Source: Perna viridis (lineage: Eukaryota). Taken from it: a DNA stretch of 64,000 nt. Made by a program: the position numbers and the translations under genes. The DNA is taken from the NCBI GenBank assembly GCA_037379345.1, contig CM074518.1, forward strand, positions 744,001-808,000, in the 5' to 3' direction. Under the pieces are notes generated by a model. That model worked only from the letters and a program-made list of their open reading frames with translations. It ran no database searches and had not been told where the DNA came from. Each line of letters opens with the position of its first letter. Positions within the stretch are counted from its first letter, which is position 1. Below, one piece after another: positions 54,487 through 64,000 of this stretch.

Positions 54487-57400
54487 TTTTAGATTAGATT
54501 TATTCTCTAAACACTATTACAGTACAGAGAAAGTAATACATATTATAAATAAACATTATGCGCATGACAAGAACATTATATAAACTACCAATTATTTTGG
54601 TTAGAAGTTAACAAGTTAATCGATAGTGACAGTGTTTCGGAACAACCTTGAGGAACTACAGAAGTACATTTACTTCATTATTAATAAATCTAATGAGTTT
54701 ACACAGGTTACTTAATTGAAGTCTACCTTTTAATTGGAATAAATCTTTGAATTTCAAAACATTCACTCGCTGTAAATACCATTTGTTCAAAAATTGTTTT
54801 CTAGCATTCAAGAAAAAAGAACATTGAAGCATGAAATGAAATTCATCTCCTACTTCTCTATCGTTACACAAAGTACAAAATCGCAAACTTTTATCTAAAT
54901 TTTGCCAATGTCCCGTTTCGATTGGCAATCTATAGTTGCCTACTCTAAATCTACATAGGGTAAAGGCATCCTTTTCGTATAAGATATCTAAATACTTTTC
55001 AAATGCAAAATCTTCTTTGAACAGTTTGTAACAAAAGCCTTAGGCGAGTTTTCAATATCAGATCTCCATGTTTGTTGAAATTGGTCTTTTAATTTTCGTT
55101 TCAGATTAGTTGTTAGTTAATCTGAGTGAAATCCTCCATTAAATTGTACATGCCAAATATTCCCAAAACCACAATTGTTTAAAATATTCTTAATGAAATC
55201 AATCCATGGAGATTTGTATCTGTTTTGACTTTATAACTCATACATATATCTATATAATACATTATAAAGTTTAAATCTTTACCAATAATAAATTTTGTCC
55301 AATAACTCACCATACAATACTTTACGTGAACGTGTAAAGGATATACACCGAGCTCACCATACATCATAAAATTTGGTGTGGTCTTTTTAAATTCAGTAAT
55401 GGTTTGCAAAATTTGAGGTGAACCCTCTCTATAATATCCAAATTAGTGGACCCCCCTACCTCAAAACTACATATAGAATGGGTTTAACAATTTTATCAAA
55501 TAAAGTCATATTGGTCTCATATAGATAAGTATGTCGTATATAGCTCTATTGGCTTTTTTAACATTTATTTTTTTCGCTTCTGAAAAATTACCTGATCTTG
55601 TAAATAACATACTAAGGTATGTGAATTCTTTGACAATTACAATAGGATTTCCATAAAAAATTAATATTATTAGGGGCACGGCCCACAGAAAATACAATAA
55701 CTTTTGTTTTATTCGTGTTAACATGGGGTTTCCATTGATTGCAGTATTCCTGAAATCTGTCTATTTGGAATTGTAAACTCTCCTTAGATTCTGCCAATAG
55801 TACCGTGTCATCAGCATATAAAAGCAAAAATAATTTGATAAATATATTGAGATGCTCTTCAATCTCATCAGATAAACATTCTAACCCCTGTACACCATTA
55901 TCCTCAAAAAATTGTTCCAGATCATTCAGGAATAGTGCAAATAGGAAAGGTGATCAATTCTCACCCTGATGGACTCCAATATTACACTAAAAATATTCTT
56001 ACATTTGTCCATGGTAAGCTATTCTAGACTTTATACCAATATACATATTATAAATGACATGGTAAATTTTGCCATTAATATTGTTAAGTAACATTTTATT
56101 CCAGAGACCAACTCGCCAAACTTTATCGAAAGCTTTTATCAAAATCAATAAATAAACAAAATAACTTTTTTCTCTTGTACTTTTTTATGAGGTCTATAAG
56201 TGAGGTAAGTACAAAGAGATTGTCTATGGTTGAATATCCAAGATGAAATCCTGCCTGGTTTTCACAAATCAAGTTTACATCTTCTGAAAAGTTGTTTAAT
56301 CTATTATACATAATGCTGTCTAATAACCATTCGTCAGGATCAATGCCACTATCAAAAATAAGACTGAAAAGTTTTACATAAATATCAGACATAACAGAAA
56401 AAGAATGCTTTAAATATTCATTCACAATATTATCATTCCCAGATGATTTATCATTTTTAAACGTTTATTAGATTGTTCAAGTTCTTCCATTGTTATATGT
56501 TGATTAATTTGTTCATTAAGAACATTTACTTCAGGTAGATCAAAGATATCATCGTGTGGGTTCGTATTAAGTTCCTTTAAAAAAATCAAAAAATCTATCT
56601 GGTGACTTTTTGTGCTTATCTCCTTTAATATTTTCCAATATTCTTTTGGATTATTGGATTTTAAATTATTTAATTTGCGTATAAGTTGCTGCATATGTAT
56701 TTTAATATTATTATCCATAGTCGATTTGTATTTCTTTTCTAGTTGCTTTGTTTGACTTTTTAAAGCATCTGTCTTCCACATCTGAAATTGACATTTAGAA
56801 CGCCTATATCTTTTTCTTGCCAATTTACAGTCAGCATTGAACCAAGGCATATCGTTTGCCTTTTTGGCCTTTCGTCCAACCGATGGCATATATGAACCAA
56901 ATGTATTTTCAGCAGCATCTGTTAAAATTCTCTGAACAAGGCTATTTATTATATTTTTGTCAATATCATTCATGCTAACATTTTCAATATCTTCTAACGT
57001 TATCAATAAAATGGCGATTACGATTGTTTTTAAAGTCACCGGATTTTTCACTTTCCCACCGTTTTATCTTTTTATTCATAAGCCTTGGCTCTTCCGCCAT
57101 AATATCAACATGTTTATCTTTGCATTCTAAGGTCAGATAAATAGGTGAATGTACATCTGAATATAATTTACTAGTTTCTAGTAAAGAAAATTCTTGTATA
57201 ATTTTAAAAAATATTGGAGAGCAAATAACAAAATCAACAACACTAGACCCCTTACAAGTAAACAGGCCAATATCCTTATCCTCTCCAACTCTATCATTTG
57301 CTATAAATGAAATATTATTCTTGCAAAATTCTAAGAGCAAGTTCCCAAAATTGTTCCTCTGTCACAACTAGTTCTGTTCAGTGGTACATTTAGTTGGCTA

Positions 57401-57800
57401 AGTATATCTGACCCATTTATCTGATCCCCTAACATGCCTGAGAACTCATCATACATAATTTCATTAAAATCGTTTTCTTCAGCAACTCTAGAATTAAAGT
57501 CACCCAATAAGCAAATATGGTCAAAATTGTCACTGAATCGTATATATTCATTTTCGATTTTGTTATACGAATCAACAATACAATATGATGAGTTCTCGGG
57601 TGGTACAAGTATATATATAATTCCACACAAAACATTTTCATTCATTTTCAAAATACATTTGTGAATTTGGAACCATAAAACATATTTACTATCTGATTCA
57701 ATATATTTAATGTACCTTTCAATAGTTTTTTTTATAAGCCAGAATTATACCCCTTGATCGTATCTTCCGAAAAGCAAATCTATTTTTCATAATAACTGAC
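54487..57800 (-). mobile_element. Degraded APE-RT LINE (RTE-X/CR1-type), multiple frameshifts and stops
   Basis: Endonuclease motifs GDFNSR, SSVVDFVI and SDVHSPI; PWFNADC; QAGF..GYSTIDN; FIDFDK; LLYADDTVLL; C-terminal PIETG..W...CxxC...DEFHF..xC. The 3' end has AATAAA + (TCTAA)n. Confidence 0.9.
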
Positions 57801-58622
57801 CCTTGAGAAACTTTCATCAAGACAAAACACTACGCAATATATAGAGTCTTTTGAAATTGTCAAAAAAGGCTACATACACAAAACATTTCAAAGACATCAA
57901 TGTCATTTGATTGGAACTACTCTGACATTTTCAAAATGCTACTTCTGTTTAAGAGATCATGATAAAACCCTTCTTTCTATGCATGCTAAACCCAGAACTG
58001 ATTGACCAATAATTTAACAAATATCTGGAATGTCTATGGTTGGCTCAACTGATGAAATATCCTAATCAAACTCAGCAAATATGGCATGAAGTCTAAAACT
58101 TTAAAAGGAAAATTAGTCCATTCACTCACACTTAAGGCCAATGCCTATTCATAACTAACACATATGTCAGATTACATTTTTTGTACATTGTACTATAAGA
58201 CAACATTCAGTAATGTAGTGTGAAATCAAAGCTCAGTTCTGAAATAAATTTATCAACTTACCAAAACTACACGATTAATGGTGCAATAAGTATTTTATTT
58301 TTTTTAAAATAGCTGATAGAAAAAGGCAACAACAGATTTGTCAGAATTACAGTCTGTCAAGGTGAAAAAACACATATTACTTTCATTAGTCAGTATTGAT
58401 TAAGTACATGTACACTAAAGTGAATTATAAATAGAACTCAATCGTTTACTTGGTGCTTTGTAACATATACCATTATATTGGCATATAAAACTCTAAACAA
58501 AGTTACTTACGTGGACTTAAAAAAATTCGTCTGCTCAATATTGATGAAATAAAAACACTCCTTGAAGAATTTAGTGGGTTCCATTTTTCAACAGTATACA
58601 AATATGAAACAAACATACTTAC

Positions 58623-58662
58623 TTTTAGAGTCAGCCGCTACTGTCCTTATGTAAATGAACAT
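58623..58662 (-). CDS. CARS1: Probable first exon of CARS1-like gene (MFIYIRTVAADSK + phase 1)
   Basis: Consensus donor GTAAGT at 58622-58617; 40 nt from ATG gives phase 1, matching the 51738 acceptor; next to promoter-like sequence. The start codon is uncertain. Confidence 0.5.
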
Positions 58663-58664
58663 AA

Positions 58665-59070
58665 AAGAGATCTTTATATACTAGCAACAAGTTGGTAGTG
58701 GGCCTGCAAGCGTGATGAAATACAGGAAGTGGAGTAAGTAACTGCTGTACGCGCTGCGAATTCTACAATTTGAATGTAATTTTTCGGAGAAACTTATAGC
58801 CTCTAGATGAATCAAAATAGCTTGAAGTGCTTGAAACAAAATGAAATGACAGAATTTATTACTTTTTTATACTTTCGTTCTCTCAAAACCTTTAAAGATT
58901 AGCACAATATTTCAATACAGAAACCGGAAGCAGCATGCACTTCAAAAACCTTTCACGGAAGTGTTCATTTTATTTATATGCAGTATGATATTTTGCCGGT
59001 ATAAAAAGATCCCGTTTGCTTTTCCTATAGAATGTAAAATGAACGAAGCAGAACGGCCGAACGTGAAAAT
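58665..59070. promoter_or_regulatory. Housekeeping-type promoter region with ETS (GGAAG) sites
   Basis: CAGGAAGT ~58723, CCGGAAG ~58924 and ACGGAAGT ~58955. CpGs are locally retained against a CpG-depleted background. Confidence 0.55.
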
Positions 59071-59532
59071 TTAAATAGCATTAAAATAGAATGAAATTAA
59101 AATAACTTGAACAATAAATTTGAAGTAATGTTTAAATGTGATCCACTATTTTTACTATATCATTGTTCTTTGAATTTCATTTTTATATAGCCTAATCACT
59201 GAATTTTTATCTGAAATTTCCACAGTTAATAAGAATTTTATTTGCAGTTACAGAATAAAAAAAATCAATTATCTTTAAAAATTATCATCCAATGCTTTTT
59301 TCCAGTCTTTCACCAAGAACTCTCCTATATTAGTGTTCTTTAGTATGTTCTAATTGTATTGATTTTATCCATGCCATAACCATTTATTAAATTATTTGAT
59401 AAATATTCTCTGTTGTCTTTTGTCTATTTTTTACTAATAAAAGTCACTTTCTTGAATGAATGAACTGCTATATAAACATTAATAGAGTAAATATCCAATT
59501 TTAAATGAACACATTTGTTATATTTTGATTAA

Positions 59533-61475
59533 GAGTAATCAAGCTGAGGGAGCCAAGATTCTAATGAAAATCAAAATAATGTAATCCAGGGACAAAGACC
59601 AGACATGGAAAACAGACATACACAACAAAGAACATAAAGTAACTAAAATCATACTTACAAAGTAACAAAAGTAAATGAGCAACTCGGACTCCACTAAAAA
59701 CTGGGAGCATGGACCAGGTGCACCGGTAGGGTAAGCGTCCTCTGCTTTTCTAGAAACACCCGTCGAGTTGCTCATAAAAAGTCAAGTCCGGGGTAGACGA
59801 AAGAGGAAAGGAAAGGAAAACTATGACCCGTTGAATAAATCAGTTTTCATGGTGCAGATGGATACACCATAACGATCAACAAATTCATGATGACGACCAT
59901 AAAATTTCTGTAGTGAAGGATCTAGCTGAAGGTATGTTGCCACAGATATAAGGAAAGTTAACAATTCTGAATGAAAAGTCATCGCGTTTGTCGTAAAGTT
60001 TGGTCTATAGTTTCCCTTTACCATCGATTTCTAAGCGTAGGTCAAGATATGACGCTGACTTTTCACAATGTCTGTAGTATCCTTTATCTCAAGTTATTTG
60101 GGGTAGATGCAATGTATCAAATCCCAAAAATTAGGATTGTTTAAAGATAATACGTTATCTGTATTGCGGAAACTGAGATTAAAGGATCTAGCTAAACGAT
60201 ATTCTTTCTTTCGGATCAGATCAGCTATAAGGTCAGCCTCATAAGAGTGAAGAAATAGGTCAGCAAGTAGAGGAGCACAATTTGTTCCCATTGGAATACC
60301 GACCGTTTGTTGAAAAATACGTCCACCACACTGGACAAATATGTTGTCGATTAAAAATTCCAGCATTTTGTAAACAACTTTCTCTGTATATTTGGAAGAT
60401 GATTTGGAATTATTTCTTACAAAGTATGAGGAATCTCTACCAAGAACTATATATTTGTATCTAGGTGTACCATCTTTTTGGGAAAAACAACGATGTATAA
60501 TGTTTTTAAGTCGGGATTTTAACTGAGTATGGGGGATAGAAGTATACAGTGTTGAAAAATCATAGGTTTTAATGCTATTATATTCAGATAATAGTCTTGA
60601 ACTGATTGTCTCCAAAAGATCTTTCGAATTTTTCAGAATCCACATTGAGTTAATACCACTACGGGAGTAACAGGTGTTGTGGTAGGACTGTAGACCCTCT
60701 TTGACAGTTGTGAGTATAGAAGTTAAAAGTTTTGAAAGAGGTTTGGTGGTACATTTTGCAGATCCAGCTATGAAACGTTGTTTGTATGGATTCTTGTGAA
60801 GTTTAGGAATCCAGTACATAGACGGTAAATCACAATCACCGTCCTTGGTAGATAGACCAAAAGAGGATAGCACAGATTTATGGTTTTCCACAATCTCTTC
60901 TTTGGAGAGAGTGGTAGCAGTATAGGTCTTATCACTACTATTATTTTCTACGTCTAACTCTGATAATAAACATTGGATATGAAACGTTTTGCAGACAAAA
61001 ACAATGTTGTTTTGGGCTTTGTCTGCTGGTACGACAACATATTTGTCATGTATAGTAGACAATGTATTTGCTACATCGGGGTCTTTGAAAACTGATGTAG
61101 CCTTGGCACTCATTGACCTACTTAAAACTTTCATTCGTTTCAAAATTAAAGACCACTCTGACAGAATCAATGTCTTCTTGTTCTCGTTTTATCCATTTTC
61201 TTCCATAGTCCTCGACGGCATCCATAAGAACTTTTAAGTTATAATTCCAATTTATGGAGCGTGGTTCACGGTACTTGGGACCTTTAGAAAGGATATTACG
61301 TAGAGATTCGTTTTCGATAATGGTTAAATGATTTGGAATTATTTTTTTACAAAGTATGAGGAATCTCTACCAAGAACTATATATTTGTATCTAGGTGTAC
61401 CATCTTTTTTTTTATTTATTTATTTTGAAAAACAACGATGTATAATGTTTTTCGGGATTTTAACAGAGTATGGGG
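59533..61475 (-). mobile_element. Penelope-like retroelement copy C (RT at C-terminus, Naiad-type architecture inferred), inactive and 5'-truncated
   Basis: Motifs LSKGPKYREP, VVPADKAQNN, YWIPKLHK, YDFSTLYT, GIPMGTNCAP and TKLYDKRDDF. Catalytic YIDD has decayed to NTDN; stops and an internal deletion are present. No GIY-YIG follows the RT. Confidence 0.85.
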
Positions 61476-61538
61476 TTCAAATTACTCGGAATTAAAGTAT
61501 GAAATATAGATAGTTTAATTCAACGATCAAAATAATAA

Positions 61539-62002
61539 GGCCAAAAAAAATATATCTGTTTAGGGTTACAGTCTTCCCAAAAAATAGGGTAGGTCAGTCG
61601 GCATTTTCATTTTATTATTATTATTATTTTTTTTTTCGAGACTAAAGTTGAGCCTATATTAGTAAAATAGCATCATGTTTAAGTCATGAAAGTGTATGGT
61701 TTTAAGTAGAAAGTTTAATTTTTAACATACACACCTATTAATCATGTCTTTTATTACAATACACTTATTTTTTGTAGGAATTTTCAACAAAATATAAGTA
61801 CACTGTATATAAATCTCCTATTCAAACGCTATTGTGACCTGGTTTTTAACGTACTTTCGGTTTTACCGTAAATGATCCGTATTATACCGGAAATTGGCGG
61901 AAATTACCGATTTTTTTTTTTAATTTTGGAGAAAAAATGTATTAGGGTCGGGAGAAAAAAATAGGGTCGGTCGGGAAACCCGAAACAGACATTTTTTTGG
62001 CC
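61539..62002. mobile_element. PIF/Harbinger-type (Tourist-like) MITE, 464 bp
   Basis: TIRs GGCCAAAAAAAATATATCTGTTTAGGGTT / AACCCGAAACAGACATTTTTTTGGCC. TAA TSD at 61536-61538 and 62003-62005. Confidence 0.8.
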
Positions 62003-62365
62003 TAAGAGCCTATTATTTTAAATACATTTAGTTGCTGAGATGCCTTCCTGCAGATAACACTGATATGATAATCAAAATTTAACTGACAGTCAATCTTTAT
62101 TCGTAGTAATTTCACCATTGTTTAGCAAGTGAGGACTGAATTTTGATAGGATTTTTTCTCAGATGTCTTCTTCCCCACTGCAAGAATTTGAAATTTATTA
62201 GGGTCTGCCTGCATATTATTAAACTGAATCAATCTATCAAAACTTGAGACTTAGATTCAAGAGTAGAGTTTAACCTATCAAAATCATGGTTACAAAAAGA
62301 CAAGGTATTATCGTTTGCATAATTATCCAATATCAAATTTTAGCTATACAAAATATGCCGAAAAT

Positions 62366-62651
62366 TGTATATCACAACTCATACGTTATTCAACGGGTCA
62401 TGTCATAGTTTTCCTGAGCAACTCGGCGGGTGTTTCTAGAAAAGCAGAGGACGCTTACCATACCGGTGCACCTGGTCCATGCTCCCAGTTTTTAGTGGAG
62501 TCCGAGTTGCTCATTTACTTTTGTTACTTTGTATGTATGATTTTAGTTACTTTATGTTCTTTGTTGCGTATGTCTGTTTTCCATGTCTGGTCTTTGTCCC
62601 TGGATTACATTCTTTTGGTTACCGCTATAACCTTGGTTCCCTTGATTACTC
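62366..62651 (+). mobile_element. PLE 3' fragment, copy D, internally deleted
   Basis: Begins with RT thumb ISQLIRYS, jumps to the 3' UTR, and ends CTTGATTACTC. Confidence 0.85.
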
Positions 62652-63725
62652 TTTGAGTATTCTTGTAGCCGTGCTCTGTACGTTTTCTATTTGTACCGCT
62701 ATTTTATTGTTTATGGCCGACCATATTGAGCTCCCTTACTCTAGATAGGGACGCACTACATTCTTATAAAGCGCAAGAAACATATTTTTATCTATATACT
62801 TGAATGTTCTGTTGATCATTCCTGATTTTTGGTTGGCTTTTTTTAACTTGTAAGTTAGTATGAACCTGGAAATATAATTTCCCGTCTATAGTTATGCCAA
62901 GGTCTTTTTCTTGTGTAGTAGTCTCAATGATTTCTTTGTTCATGGTGTATTGTGCTCCGTTATCTTGACCTAGGTGGAGATGCTTACATTTTGATTTGTT
63001 GAATTTGAGAAGCCATTTATCCGACCAGTCCATTAGGCTATCAATATCACTCTGCAAGCTGCTCTGATCGTCGTTTGTATTCACTTTTTCGTAAAGTTGT
63101 GTATCGTCCGCAAATAGCTTTGTTATATTTTCGATTGCATTTGGGAGGTCATTGATGTAGATCGTAAACAGGATAGGACCGAGCACACTCCCCTGTGGAA
63201 TGCCACTTGTGACCTGAGTCCATTCTGAGTGTTCACCATTGAGTACGACCCGTTGTTTTCTATCTGACAGAAAATGTTCTATACATTTCAATAGTTTCCC
63301 AGAAACATTATAACTCTTTAATTTGTGAATAAGACGCTGGTGCGGAGCTGTATCAAAAGTCTTCTGGAAATTGAGGTATATACAATCTAAATAGCATTTT
63401 GTTTATCTAGCTCTTCCGTCCATTTTTCCCATAACTTCTATAAGTTGAGTGACACAGGATCGACCTTTTCTGAAACCATATTGGTGCTTGGTAAAAAGTT
63501 TGCTTGTTTCCATATAATCTACCAGTTGGTCCCTCACTACTTTCTCTAAGGTTTTACAGATGATTGAAGTTAAGCTTATTTGTCTATAGTTGGAGGCTTC
63601 ATGTTTTTGACCCTTCTTGTGTATCGGTGTGATATTGGCGGTTTTCCAAACTTCAGGCAGTTTACCGGTTTCTAAAGACATTTTGAATATGTTTGTTACT
63701 GGTTTGGTAATGCTATCTACTAACT
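62652..63725 (-). mobile_element. CR1-clade LINE RT fragment, frameshifted
   Basis: WKTANITPIHKKG, NYRQISLTS, QYGFRKGRSCVTQL, SGIPQGSVLGPILF and LFADDT. Truncated at the PLE copy D junction. Confidence 0.9.
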
Positions 63726-64000
63726 ATCTGCTAACTAAATAACAAAATGTTTAGAATACAGTGTGATGTTGACTCCGCAAGATTTAAGGAACTAATTGAC
63801 TTAGGCAAACCGTCAAACTTATGGAAATACGGTCTCCTTTCATCTTTGTGCTTGCAAACAGCCAAGAAAATATCAAAACTATGGACTTTATCAATCACAT
63901 CCGGGAATTGTCAGTTATGTGCTTCATATTCAAATGATATATTACTGCATCAAATTTCAAACTGTCCAGTCTTAAATGACAATCGACAATTAATGAACGG

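Noticed and set aside
62315-62748. Hydrophobic membrane-protein-like ORFs (also 259-468, 15405-15605, 59539-59775)
   Set aside because: Translations of the T-rich PLE 3' UTR, present in four copies.

Overview
AT-rich, CpG-poor eukaryotic (animal) genomic DNA; the repeat landscape suggests a bivalve mollusc, which is inference. There is no prokaryotic operon or CRISPR content. (1) A + strand multi-exon gene that the ORF track largely misses: six coding exons at 21084-47773, plus a probable micro-exon at 20921-20955. They splice in phase into a ~324-aa, 6-Cys, internally duplicated, probably GPI-anchored protein that I cannot assign to a named family. (2) The 5' end of a - strand cytoplasmic cysteinyl-tRNA synthetase (CARS1-like): probable exon 1 at 58623-58662, a clear exon at 51647-51738, and an ETS-site promoter near 58.7-59.0 kb. 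I saw no further CARS exon in the remaining 51.6 kb, so gene (1) appears nested antisense inside a very large CARS intron. (3) Dead retroelements: four copies of one Penelope-like element sharing an exact 3' end and a structured 3' RNA motif, an RTE-X/CR1-type LINE, a CR1 fragment and an L2 3' end. (4) Several MITEs. (5) More than 20 unrelated minisatellites, including one that multiplied an exon's 5' splice site ten times and a pair of inverted 26-bp arrays.
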